From assembly GCA_049972095.1 (NCBI GenBank), contig JBMFKQ010000010.1, positions 1-45,935 on the forward strand: a stretch of 45,935 bases of DNA. The letters run 5' to 3'. This DNA is from Elusimicrobiales bacterium. Lineage in GTDB: Bacteria > Elusimicrobiota > Elusimicrobia > Elusimicrobiales > UBA9959. Positions within the stretch are counted from its first letter, which is position 1, and each line of letters begins with the position of its first letter. Made by a program: the position numbers and the translations under genes. Below are positions 21,044-30,667 of the stretch, piece by piece. The notes under the pieces were generated by a model that saw nothing but the letters and a program-made list of their open reading frames with translations, was not told where the DNA came from and ran no database searches.

Positions 21044-21070
21044 AATCAAATTATATAAAAGTTGAATGGA

Positions 21071-22393
21071 TTATACGAAATATATATCCGCAGGACAGCT
21101 TGGTGCAGCACCGGGCAAAAGACATGCCCCAATATTTGGATCCTCACATCCAAGAATCTTACCAGTGTTTGGATCAAATATGTGAATTACACCATCATTT
21201 CCCTCTACTCTTATATATCCATACTCATCTGTTTTGATTTCTTGTGTCCCATTACCAAGAACTGGGGGATCAGAGGGGTTTGCTATGATATTACCATTAG
21301 GGCTTGTCGCAGTATCTGGCTTCTGTGGATTTACTGAATATGAGTTATTGTCAATATCCTGCTCATTTAGATTCTGATTGAAAAGGGGATTTATATTAAA
21401 GAGGTTAGTTAAAAGATTGTTGTCTTTCATCTGGTTATATTGATCACTCATATCATTTCCTTCATCATCAGAAGAAAGCCCGGGCACATCAGAATCCTTA
21501 AGTGATTTCATGCTCTCAGAATCAAGTGCAGGGTCTTTTAAAAATGCAGGTATAGAGTTTGGGTTTATTCTGTCAAGGCTTGCCCTTAGCTTTTCGTCAT
21601 ACTCAAGCGTTTGTTTTATGTCAGGGGTATAATCAAAAGATTTTGATGTCCATGCCCTTGCTGTATCATTTGACGCATCCCTTGCGGCCATAATTGTTGT
21701 CTTGAATGCTGATTTAAGAAGACTCATTGCTGTTTTAGTTTCATCAGTTTTTTTATCATTGGATATACCAACTGTGGCTTTTGTCTCACCTATCTTAACC
21801 TTTGGTGATGAATATGAATCAAACCTTGAAAGAGATGTTTTTGAAACGCTGTTTTCAGAAATCTGACTGCTCACTGGAGCAAGATCACTCTCAAGACTAT
21901 TCTTTTTATAACCTTCCCTATAGGCATAGGCAAGATATGATGATGCAGTTTTTTTTATAGCACCTTCTGCATTATCTGGGCTGTTGGAAGCTTTGTCAAA
22001 ATTAGAAGTCTCTTCATATGCTGCTTCATCATCTATCTTGTCCGATTCTGATAAGTTTGATGAGCTGGATTTAGCTTCATTATGCTTTGATGTTATTAAA
22101 GAAGAAACTGTATATTTAAGCTTCTCTATAAGTGAGAAACTTAGTTTTGATGATGAAGATGAAAGCTGTGAATATCTTTTACCACCAGCAAGTTTTTCAG
22201 CCTCACTTGTTAGAATCAGATATGAAGTAATGCCAACAAAGAGAAAGAAAAGTATAAGCAGAAAAAACCTATATCTCAACACCTTTTTAAAAGAAAAATT
22301 CTCAACCACACTATAAATACCTCTATCCTCCTCTCTTTCCTTCTCACCTCTCATAAACTCCTCCCTTACATAAAAAAAACCTTTCTTTTTCAA
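21071..22393 (-). CDS. Hypothetical membrane-anchored protein with Ser/Asn-rich linkers
   Basis: TTG start with GAGGTG SD, one TM helix, low-complexity region, C-terminal three-Cys module. Confidence 0.7.
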   Translation of the reverse strand: MKKKGFFYVREEFMRGEKEREEDRGIYSVVENFSFKKVLRYRFFLLILFFLFVGITSYLILTSEAEKLAGGKRYSQLSSSSSKLSFSLIEKLKYTVSSLITSKHNEAKSSSSNLSESDKIDDEAAYEETSNFDKASNSPDNAEGAIKKTASSYLAYAYREGYKKNSLESDLAPVSSQISENSVSKTSLSRFDSYSSPKVKIGETKATVGISNDKKTDETKTAMSLLKSAFKTTIMAARDASNDTARAWTSKSFDYTPDIKQTLEYDEKLRASLDRINPNSIPAFLKDPALDSESMKSLKDSDVPGLSSDDEGNDMSDQYNQMKDNNLLTNLFNINPLFNQNLNEQDIDNNSYSVNPQKPDTATSPNGNIIANPSDPPVLGNGTQEIKTDEYGYIRVEGNDGVIHIFDPNTGKILGCEDPNIGACLLPGAAPSCPADIYFV

Positions 22394-22430
22394 AGAACAC
22401 CTCTAAAAGCGTCTTTGAATACCTAATTAT

Positions 22431-22458
22431 GTTATAGCAGAAAAAAATGAAAAGTCAA
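22431..22458 (-). promoter_or_regulatory. Sigma70-type promoter for the 21071..22393 gene
   Basis: TTGACT-N16-TATAAC with an extended -10 TG, about 40 nt upstream of the TTG start. Confidence 0.6.
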
Positions 22459-22478
22459 GCCTATGTGAGGTGACAATC

Positions 22479-23429
22479 TTATATACCTCTGGTCAAACCA
22501 AGCTCTTTGGCCAGTTTTATTGCCTTTTGATAATCACTGGCAATAGAATCATTTAACTCGGGATACTTAAATGCCTGGCCGCATGCGCGATATTGGGACA
22601 TTATATTAACATAGCTATTAACTGAAATCTCCTTAGCGATGAACTCCAAAACCTTTTGGCTACCAGCCAGATTATTTGGCAAAACCAAATGCCTGATCAA
22701 CAGACCTCTTTGAGCAATTCCCCTATCATCCAATTTTAAATCTCCAACCTGACGATGCATCTCCTTTATGGCCTGTTTGGCTTGTTCAAAATAATCTGGT
22801 GCATCTGAATATTTTCGCGCTGGTTCTGAATCACTATATTTTAGATCTGGCATATAAATATCAATTATTCCATCTAAAATTTTTATTACCTCAACATTTT
22901 CATAGCCACCACAATTCCAGACTAATGGCAGCTTTAATCCTTTCTTTGTTGCCAAATACACTGCCTTAACTATTTGAGGAGTAAAATGGGTGGGACTAAC
23001 AAAATTTATATTATGGCATCCACGGTTTTGAAGCTCAATCATCATCTCAGCTAATCTCTCAATTGAAACCTCTTGACCTATTCCCAGATGACTGATCTCG
23101 TAGTTCTGACAATAGACACAACCTAAATTGCAATTAGTAAAAAAGATTGTTCCAGAGCCCCCACGGAGAGAAACTCCAAATCTATCAGCAATAAAAAGGG
23201 AAATAGATCTACCCACTAAGGGCTCTTCCTCTCCAAAATGTGGGTGATAGCTATAGACCATTAGCTTGATAGTTGATCGACAAAATCCTTTTTCTCCCTT
23301 TAGTCTATTTTTATGGCATCTTCTTGGACAAAGCTCACAGTTTTCAAGGATTTTAAAAAGCCTTTCAATCCTTTCACTAAACTCTCTTTCAGATAAACTT
23401 AGATAAGCTGGTAAAAATTTCATGCTCAT
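22479..23429 (-). CDS. Radical SAM protein, PflX-like family
   Basis: N-terminal CELCPRRC...G.C, H.GEE, GSGTIFF, CNLGCVYC (CxxxCxxC), HNINFVSP, DIYMPDLKY, IRHLVLP. Start placed after the OPT stop. Confidence 0.9.
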   Translation of the reverse strand: MSMKFLPAYLSLSEREFSERIERLFKILENCELCPRRCHKNRLKGEKGFCRSTIKLMVYSYHPHFGEEEPLVGRSISLFIADRFGVSLRGGSGTIFFTNCNLGCVYCQNYEISHLGIGQEVSIERLAEMMIELQNRGCHNINFVSPTHFTPQIVKAVYLATKKGLKLPLVWNCGGYENVEVIKILDGIIDIYMPDLKYSDSEPARKYSDAPDYFEQAKQAIKEMHRQVGDLKLDDRGIAQRGLLIRHLVLPNNLAGSQKVLEFIAKEISVNSYVNIMSQYRACGQAFKYPELNDSIASDYQKAIKLAKELGLTRGI

Positions 23430-23433
23430 ATCA

Positions 23434-25614
23434 TTACGAAACTTCTTCTTTTTTTGCTGTTCTGTAAAGAAGCCACACAATAACAAAATAAAATAATGTT
23501 GCAATCAAAGCCTCAAAAAATTGATTTCCAACCTCAGGATCTCTTACAACAAGATGCCTGCTTATCCCTGCAACAGTAAGAGCGGCTATAAAAATTCCCA
23601 TAAGTGCATCACCTGCAATAAGTCCCGATGAAAAAAGTGCACCTTTATCCTCTTCATCTTTTATAGCTTTATCTCTCTTTACAAGCCACGCTATAAACCC
23701 ACCAACAACAATCATAGGCCAGTTTGTTATAGGGAGATAAAGACCTATTGAAAATGCAAGGGCAGAGACTCCAATCATCTCACATATAAGCCCTATCGCT
23801 CCACCCAAAAGAAGTAAAAGCCAAGGTAAATTGCCGCCTGTCGCACCCTCAACAAGCTTTGCCATAAGCTGTGCCTGAGGTGCCTCAAGAGGATTTGGAT
23901 GCTGGGGTGTAGGGCTGCCAAAACCATAAGCCCAGTAAAGAAGAAGCAGAATAAAGCCAGATCTAACACTTGAAACAAGAAGTCCTAAAACTTGAGCAAG
24001 CTCTATCTTCCAGGGTGTTGCACCTATAAGGGCTCCAGTCTTTAGGTCCTGCGAAAGATCGCCTGATGTTGATATAGCTATACATACAACAGCCCCTGCT
24101 ATTATCGCACTCATTTTAACTGTTGCAGGGTTATGAGATAAGAATATAAAAGAAAGGGTTAGAAAAAGAAGAGCTGTTATTGTCATTCCCGAAACAGGTT
24201 GATTTGTTGTTCCTATAAGACCAACCATTCTGGCACTTACAGCAACAAAAAAACCTGCAAACAAAACAACAAGAAAAGCCTCAACAAAACTGAGATCAAA
24301 AACAGGCAAAAGCCAAAGGATAAGGAAAAGAACAACAATAATAAAGATAACAATTGTAAGAGGGACATCCTGTTCAAACCTCAAAAATCTTTTAGAGATC
24401 TTTGCTGAATTTAAAGCAACAATATGAAAAAGATATCCAAGTATCAAAGCACCAATCCCACCCATAATAAAAACCCTAACAAAAATACCAAAAAACAACC
24501 TTATGAAATTACCAAGTGATTGTGGTCCAAGATAAATCGGTGATTCAAATGCAAACATACCAATAAGTGCACCAAGTATCCCTGCTGAAATTACTATGGA
24601 TCTATGTTCGTAATCCTTTAAAAAACTCTCACTACCTGTAATATCTGAACCATCTTCTCTTTTTGAGCCAACAAGCGCTTTAAAGGTATATTTTATTGAT
24701 GAGATAATATCACTGAGTGATTTAATTATACTTATCAATCCTCCAAAAGCAACCCCTCCTGCTCCTATGTATTTTACATAGGTTGCTCTAAGCTGATCTG
24801 TTGTCATATCAGAAACAGCAATGTTTCCGGGAGGTATTATATTCGCTTGAGCAAATGCATTTATAAGAGGTATTATAACCCAATAACCAAAAGCCCCTCC
24901 AGCAAACATAACAAAAGCAATTCTAAGTCCAACAAGATATCCCACACCAACAAAGAGGGGAGATAGCTCATATCCAAAACCAGCCTTATTAAGCGATGGA
25001 AAACTCCACATAAAATAGTCCTTAAAAAGTTTCATTGCACCTGTCAGAAACTTAAAAATACCACCAACAAGAATACCAAAAAAAACAGGCTTTGCACTCT
25101 TTCCCCCCTTATCTCCAGCAATAAGAACACGAGCACAAGCTGTGCCTTCGGGAAAAGGAAGATTCTTATGCTCTCTAACAACAAGAGAGTGTCTTAAAGG
25201 TATCATCATCATAAGTCCAAGAATCCCACCAACAGCTCCAAGAATAAAAACTGTTGAGTTTTTAAACTCCCCACCAAGAAAAAGTATTGCAGGAACTGTA
25301 AATATTATTGCGGCGGCTGTTGACTCACCTATTGAAGCAAAGGCATGAACTATATTGTTTTCAAGAATTGTTGCATTTCTTTTGAAAAACCTTGGAAGAA
25401 TTATCCTTAAAACAGTCATAGATATTATTGCTGATGGTATTGAGGCAGAGACTGTCATACCAATTTTAAGACCGAGATATGCATTTGCAGCATTAAAAAT
25501 AACAGAAAGAATAAGACCCAGTATCGCAGCCTGAATAGTAAACTCAGATATCCTGAATGTATCATCAATATATGGTTTAAACTCATAGCCACTCTTTTTA
25601 AGCCTATCATCCAT
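23434..25614 (-). CDS. OPT-family oligopeptide transporter
   Basis: NAYLGLKIGMTVSASIP, ENNIV, LPFPEGTACA, PVSGMTI, QDLKTGALIGATP, APQA.LM, SGLIAG motifs. Confidence 0.95.
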   Translation of the reverse strand: MDDRLKKSGYEFKPYIDDTFRISEFTIQAAILGLILSVIFNAANAYLGLKIGMTVSASIPSAIISMTVLRIILPRFFKRNATILENNIVHAFASIGESTAAAIIFTVPAILFLGGEFKNSTVFILGAVGGILGLMMMIPLRHSLVVREHKNLPFPEGTACARVLIAGDKGGKSAKPVFFGILVGGIFKFLTGAMKLFKDYFMWSFPSLNKAGFGYELSPLFVGVGYLVGLRIAFVMFAGGAFGYWVIIPLINAFAQANIIPPGNIAVSDMTTDQLRATYVKYIGAGGVAFGGLISIIKSLSDIISSIKYTFKALVGSKREDGSDITGSESFLKDYEHRSIVISAGILGALIGMFAFESPIYLGPQSLGNFIRLFFGIFVRVFIMGGIGALILGYLFHIVALNSAKISKRFLRFEQDVPLTIVIFIIVVLFLILWLLPVFDLSFVEAFLVVLFAGFFVAVSARMVGLIGTTNQPVSGMTITALLFLTLSFIFLSHNPATVKMSAIIAGAVVCIAISTSGDLSQDLKTGALIGATPWKIELAQVLGLLVSSVRSGFILLLLYWAYGFGSPTPQHPNPLEAPQAQLMAKLVEGATGGNLPWLLLLLGGAIGLICEMIGVSALAFSIGLYLPITNWPMIVVGGFIAWLVKRDKAIKDEEDKGALFSSGLIAGDALMGIFIAALTVAGISRHLVVRDPEVGNQFFEALIATLFYFVIVWLLYRTAKKEEVS

Positions 25615-25742
25615 AAATCCCCCTCATTTATTCATCATATTCAAATACTTCAAACTTCACAAAATAAGATTAATCATACTGATATTTTACAAATCTTTGG
25701 CTTAAATCTTGTGGTAAATTCTTTTAGATTACCTATGAAAAT

Positions 25743-26402
25743 TCACTGTTTTGATCTTAGTGATTCAATTTTTGACTCAAAAAATTTTTTCGAACCGCTG
25801 TTCTGTTCATTTTTGTAGAGAAACTCATAATCAGCTAATGCTTTTTTATAATCCCCTTTTAGCTCATAAATTGATGCCCTTTCAAATATAAGCGAATCAC
25901 TCTCTGGATCCATATTTATAGCTTTGTTTATATTCTCCAAAGCACTATCAATCTCCCCAATTTTTTTATAATATTCAGACATATACTGGTAGTACTCACT
26001 ATCCCTTTTGCCCATCTCAAAAGCCTTATCAAAATCAAGTTTTGCTTTTTCATACTCTTCCTTCTCTAAATAAAGTATCCCTCTTACTAAATAAATATCA
26101 GGATGTTGCCCAAACTCCTTTAGAAGCTCATTAATCTTTCTCTCTGCATCATCATATTTAAACCTATATATATCAAGCTTGATGGATGAAATATCAGCTT
26201 GAAAACTAAGCTCTTCTGCCTGCTTTTTTAACTCAATTGCCTCCTTTAAAATATCCCTTTTAAGGTTAGCTGTAGATTTTAATAAATCATAGCTATCTGT
26301 CTTTAATGTTGTAGCATTAGATTTATTAGTTTCTTTAGAAACCTTCCCTTTACATGAGATCAAAACTCCAAAAGAAACAACACATAAAATAAATAATTTC
26401 AT
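25743..26402 (-). CDS. TPR-repeat lipoprotein
   Basis: Lipobox LISC and three TPR-like repeats. Confidence 0.8.
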   Translation of the reverse strand: MKLFILCVVSFGVLISCKGKVSKETNKSNATTLKTDSYDLLKSTANLKRDILKEAIELKKQAEELSFQADISSIKLDIYRFKYDDAERKINELLKEFGQHPDIYLVRGILYLEKEEYEKAKLDFDKAFEMGKRDSEYYQYMSEYYKKIGEIDSALENINKAINMDPESDSLIFERASIYELKGDYKKALADYEFLYKNEQNSGSKKFFESKIESLRSKQ

Positions 26403-26445
26403 CTCACCCCCTTATTGATAAAAATTATATCATTTTCAAGACAAA

Positions 26446-28473
26446 TCAGTAGTCTCTTTCTTCATAAAATCTTCTCCAGGGTCTAAATTCTTTGTCTATC
26501 TCATTATCTATAACATCTTTTCTATATGGGTCATTCATCTTCATTGTTATATAAAAGAAAAACTCAGTGCTATTCTTTCTTGTCCTCAAAGCAAATTTTG
26601 TATTGAAGTCATGGAACTCCTTATTAATAGCAAAGCTCTTCTCATAAAATTTGAATGCCATATCCTTTGAAAAATCAACATAATACCTAAAACCAAACTC
26701 ACCATACCAGCCTTTTTGAGGCAGTGGATTGTAGCCAAAAATAGCAGATATAAGAAATCTACTTTTATTTGTATCATAGTTTGCAAAGCCAACAGTTAGA
26801 TAGTTTTTCTCCAGGTTTGTCATCATATTTGTGATGAATGCCTTATGCCCTTCGTTTATGCTATAAATCTCTTTAAAATAAAGCTCATAGTTATAATATG
26901 ATGTATAACATTCAAAGGAAAAGGGATTGAGTCTTTGTAAAAAACTTCTTCGAACATTGTAGTGTTTGAGATCATAATCAGTTTTTATATTTACATACTG
27001 ATGTATATCCTTTATCCAAAAAACATCTAAACCAATTGCGTTTTCTTCACTTCCTCTATCCATTGAGTTTTTATCAAGAGAAAATCTATTTATACTGCTT
27101 CTGAATCTTGCGCTGTATCCGGTATTTATAGTTACACCTCTATATGAATAACGCAGTGATGTTGTAAGTGAATATCTTGCAATATTTATATTTGATGTAT
27201 GCGATGAGGTTGAGTAGTCTGTGATATAGTTTAGCATGGCTGAGGTGTATGATGAAAAATTCTTTGAAATCTTAAATGAGTTGTAAAGCGAGTAGTTCAA
27301 AGTTGAATGTCGTTGAAAATATGTCCTATCAATTCTTCTGTTCTGTGCAGATATGTAGATGCTATGAGAAAAAGGAAGGAAAGAAATCTTTCTTGTTAGC
27401 ATTTGATATTCAAGCATTGGTAAGACCTCATTATACTTAAAAAATGAAGATGAGCTTGAATAATATATAACATAAGAGCCAGCCCGCATATAATAGAGAG
27501 GAGTTCTGTAAGTTAAAGCCAGATCCCACTGCCTTGTGTTTGATACAACAAAAGGGTTTGATCTAAAATATCTGTTATTAAACTCAGGATCTGATGGGAG
27601 CCTTAAAAAACTCTGTATATAGAGGTTTGACAGGTTAGATGAATATATATTCTTCCATCCACCCCCATTCATACCCCAGTATATTGGTGATCTTCCATAT
27701 TCATCTATTCGGTAATATGATATATTAAACTTAAAATCATCAGGTTTATAGCCAAAAAACTCTCCACCACTACCAAAACCCTTTTTAGAATAGTAATCAA
27801 GATATCCTCTTATTTTAAGGTATCTTGATAATCTATATGTATAGTTTGATTTTATGTAAAGACCATTTCTATCATCATAACCCGGATAAAACTGGCTTAT
27901 AAGAGGAGTTCCTTCACCAAGCGGTTTATATAGAAATGGAATATAAAAAACAGGAAAACTTCCTATAAAAAGTATATTATTGTATGAGAGAAAGTATCTT
28001 TTAGGGGAAAGGATAATCTTTGATGATGAGATTCTATAGTGTGGAGGCTGCATATTACAGGTTGTTAGATAACTGTGGTTATAGACAAACTTATCCTTTG
28101 AAATATAGGCTTTTTTCCCCTTTATTATAAACCTGTCATACATTGAATAGGTGTTGTCAAGAATACCGCTGGCAGTATCAAGATTATAACTGCCATGTGA
28201 ACCTGATATATATGCAGAGGATGTTTCAATTGTAAAAGATGAGAATGTTATATCAGAGGATGAGAGATTCATAAAAGCATGCTCTGTTTTTATTTTTACA
28301 ACAACATTATCAGATTTATCAAGAATATTTATAATAGCATTTGTTGATATCTCAACACTTGACTCACAAGCTCTGTAGACAGCATGATCTGAGACAAACT
28401 CTGCTTTTTCAATTTCATAGTTATGTTTTTCATAAGAAAGCAAAGACAAAGAAAAAAAAAGAAAAAAACTCAT
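26446..28473 (-). CDS. lptD: LptD-like LPS-assembly outer-membrane protein
   Basis: TTC...PHY.I, PVFYIPF, PGY....G motifs of LptD/OstA, followed by a long aromatic-rich beta-barrel-like region. Confidence 0.7.
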   Translation of the reverse strand: MSFFLFFSLSLLSYEKHNYEIEKAEFVSDHAVYRACESSVEISTNAIINILDKSDNVVVKIKTEHAFMNLSSSDITFSSFTIETSSAYISGSHGSYNLDTASGILDNTYSMYDRFIIKGKKAYISKDKFVYNHSYLTTCNMQPPHYRISSSKIILSPKRYFLSYNNILFIGSFPVFYIPFLYKPLGEGTPLISQFYPGYDDRNGLYIKSNYTYRLSRYLKIRGYLDYYSKKGFGSGGEFFGYKPDDFKFNISYYRIDEYGRSPIYWGMNGGGWKNIYSSNLSNLYIQSFLRLPSDPEFNNRYFRSNPFVVSNTRQWDLALTYRTPLYYMRAGSYVIYYSSSSSFFKYNEVLPMLEYQMLTRKISFLPFSHSIYISAQNRRIDRTYFQRHSTLNYSLYNSFKISKNFSSYTSAMLNYITDYSTSSHTSNINIARYSLTTSLRYSYRGVTINTGYSARFRSSINRFSLDKNSMDRGSEENAIGLDVFWIKDIHQYVNIKTDYDLKHYNVRRSFLQRLNPFSFECYTSYYNYELYFKEIYSINEGHKAFITNMMTNLEKNYLTVGFANYDTNKSRFLISAIFGYNPLPQKGWYGEFGFRYYVDFSKDMAFKFYEKSFAINKEFHDFNTKFALRTRKNSTEFFFYITMKMNDPYRKDVIDNEIDKEFRPWRRFYEERDY

Positions 28474-29373
28474 AACTCTTGCATAGCAAAATCAGCGCAA
28501 CCAAGAACACCAACAGCTTTTGTTGATGTTATATGAATCTTGATGGATTCAATAGGCTTTCTCATCTTATAAGCTTTAAGGGTTTTCATAATACCATCCT
28601 TAAAAAACTCATAAGCTCTTGAAAGCCCTCCTGTAATAACAACAACCTCAGGATTAAAACTAACAGCAACATTACCTATACCATAACCAAGATGTCTTCC
28701 ATATTCAAACCATATCTTCTTTGCTATGCTATCTCCATTTTTTGCAAGCATATAAACTGCCCGTGGAGTTATCTTCTGTCTATCTATTCCTTTTATCCTT
28801 AAAGCCATATCGCAAACCCTTCTGGCTGAGCAGTACGCTTCAAAGACACCCCCTGTTTCCACAAGCACACCTAAGCCCTCCATATTTTATAACAATATGT
28901 CCAAACTCCCCTGCTGTTGTTGTTGAACCCTTGTAAAGCTTGCCATCAATTATAACACCGCCACCAACACCAGTGCCAAGAGTAAAACCTACAACATTTC
29001 TATATCTTTTACCAAGCTCAAAAACATAAGCACCCCAAATAGCCATATTTGCATCATTTTCAACCCTGACCTCAATACCACATCTCTTCTCTATATCAGA
29101 CTTTATGTTTTTGTCTTTCCATCCACAAAGGTTTGGTGCAAATCTAAGCACTCCTTTATCAGAATCAATATCACCGGCAACTGCAAAGGATACTTTTGAA
29201 GCCCTGTAGTTTTTAATGAGCTTTAAAAGAATCTTGCTTATTTTGAAAATAAAACCTTCATATCCATTTGAAAGAGGAGTTAGTATACTTTGGGAATAGA
29301 GAATTTTTCTATCTCTATCAACAACAGCAATCTTTGTCTTTGTCCCACCCACATCAACCCCTATTCCTCTCAT
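28470..29373 (-). CDS. ROK-family sugar kinase (glucokinase-like), split by a +1 frameshift at 28840-28845; about 300 aa if joined
   Basis: ORF1 has GVDVGGTK, ENDAN, TLGTGVGGG, GEFGH...CACGNRGCL*. The +1 frame continues EAYCS...NPEVVVITGGLS...GVLG. The joined sequence restores the canonical CxCGxxGCLE motif. Confidence 0.92.
28839..28854 (-). promoter_or_regulatory. Candidate RF2-type +1 ribosomal frameshift cassette (AGGGGG-TGT-CTT-TGA-A)
   Basis: Internal SD-like AGGGGG, 3-nt spacer, then CTT TGA, exactly at the point where the ROK reading frame shifts +1. Confidence 0.5.
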
Positions 29374-30661
29374 AAAAATCCTCCATTCTTTTTGTCATAA
29401 GCTCTATTATTTCAGAAACAAGGTAAAACGAGCCTGTAACACAAACATTATCAGATACTCTTAGTGCAAACTCAAAAGCAGCCTTTGAGCTATCAACAAC
29501 GCTTACATCCACATCCTTTTTATACTCCATATACATATTAGCTATCAAATAAGGGGAAAGCTTTTTTGGATTGTCAACCATCGTTATAATAACCCTGTCA
29601 AAAAATGATGTATCTGCAATATTCTTTATTACTGTTTTGTAGTCCTTATTTGAAAAAATAGAGAAAACAAGAGTCCATCTCTTTTCATCAAAACCAAAAA
29701 AACGCATATTCTCAATCAAAACCCTAATTGCACCGGGATTATGTGCTCCATCAAGCACAACAATTTTATCAGCCTCATCGCTTATTCTTACAATCTGAAA
29801 CCTTCCTTCTATATCTGTGTTTTCAATCATCCTATAAAATTTCTCTAACTCAATATTTAGCCCTATCATCTCAAGTCCCCTAATAACCATACTCAGGTTT
29901 ATTGGCTGTTTAACACCCACAGGAATCATCTTAAATCTTTTCAAATTTCTTTTGTCCTCTAAAACCATTCTGTAATCCTCATCAAGACCTTTTATATCAA
30001 AAAAATTTTCAACCTTAAAAATCATCCCACCACGCTGTGATGCCACTTTCTTTACAACCTCAAGCTGTTCCTCCATCATCTCACCCACAACACAGATAGA
30101 ATCTTTTTTTATTATACCAGCCTTCTGAAAGGCTATATCATTTAAGGTTGGTCCAAGCATATTCATATGATCATAATCAATCGATGTTATAAAACACAGC
30201 TCTGCGTCAACAACATTCGTTGTGTCATAAAGCCCACCAATCCCAACCTCAATAACGCTGAAATCAACATTCTGCTCTTCAAAATACTTAAGCATAATAA
30301 GTGTCACTATCTCAAAAAAACTCAGATGCTCATCAAAAGATGTAACATAATCATAAAGCCTTACAAAGTCCTGCTCTGATATGTTCTTGCCGTTTATCTT
30401 TATCCTTTCAGTAAGACCTCTTATATGGGGGGATGTATAAAGCCCAACCTTTTTATTCAAAGACATAAGCGCGATAGAGCAAAGATATGCAACAGAGCCT
30501 TTCCCATTTGTCCCTGTTATATGAATAACCCTTCCTATTCTTTTGTGAGGATTTCCAATCCTTTCAAGTATCTTGAATATATGTTGAAGGCCATTTTTCT
30601 TAACAAGTGAATGTTTGGTGTATAAAATCTGCTCAATCTCTTTAAACCTTCCATCGTGCAT
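29354..30661 (-). CDS. folC: Folylpolyglutamate synthase/dihydrofolate synthase
   Basis: HITGTNGKGS, YTSPH...ERI, EVGIGG.YDTTN, DH...LG, KAGIIK, DGAHN, TGSFYLV. Confidence 0.95.
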   Translation of the reverse strand: MHDGRFKEIEQILYTKHSLVKKNGLQHIFKILERIGNPHKRIGRVIHITGTNGKGSVAYLCSIALMSLNKKVGLYTSPHIRGLTERIKINGKNISEQDFVRLYDYVTSFDEHLSFFEIVTLIMLKYFEEQNVDFSVIEVGIGGLYDTTNVVDAELCFITSIDYDHMNMLGPTLNDIAFQKAGIIKKDSICVVGEMMEEQLEVVKKVASQRGGMIFKVENFFDIKGLDEDYRMVLEDKRNLKRFKMIPVGVKQPINLSMVIRGLEMIGLNIELEKFYRMIENTDIEGRFQIVRISDEADKIVVLDGAHNPGAIRVLIENMRFFGFDEKRWTLVFSIFSNKDYKTVIKNIADTSFFDRVIITMVDNPKKLSPYLIANMYMEYKKDVDVSVVDSSKAAFEFALRVSDNVCVTGSFYLVSEIIELMTKRMEDFYERNRG

Positions 30662-30667
30662 AACGCT

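Noticed and set aside
23430..23504. Long N-terminal extension of the radical SAM ORF overlapping the OPT gene
   Set aside because: This is an off-frame reading of the OPT 3' end. Family-like sequence begins at MSMKFLPAYL.
28843..28883. Independent start of the 137 aa ORF (MEGLGVLVETGGVF...)
   Set aside because: These residues are the off-frame reading of the CACGNRGCL region. Homology starts only at EAYCS, so this is the second half of the ROK gene.
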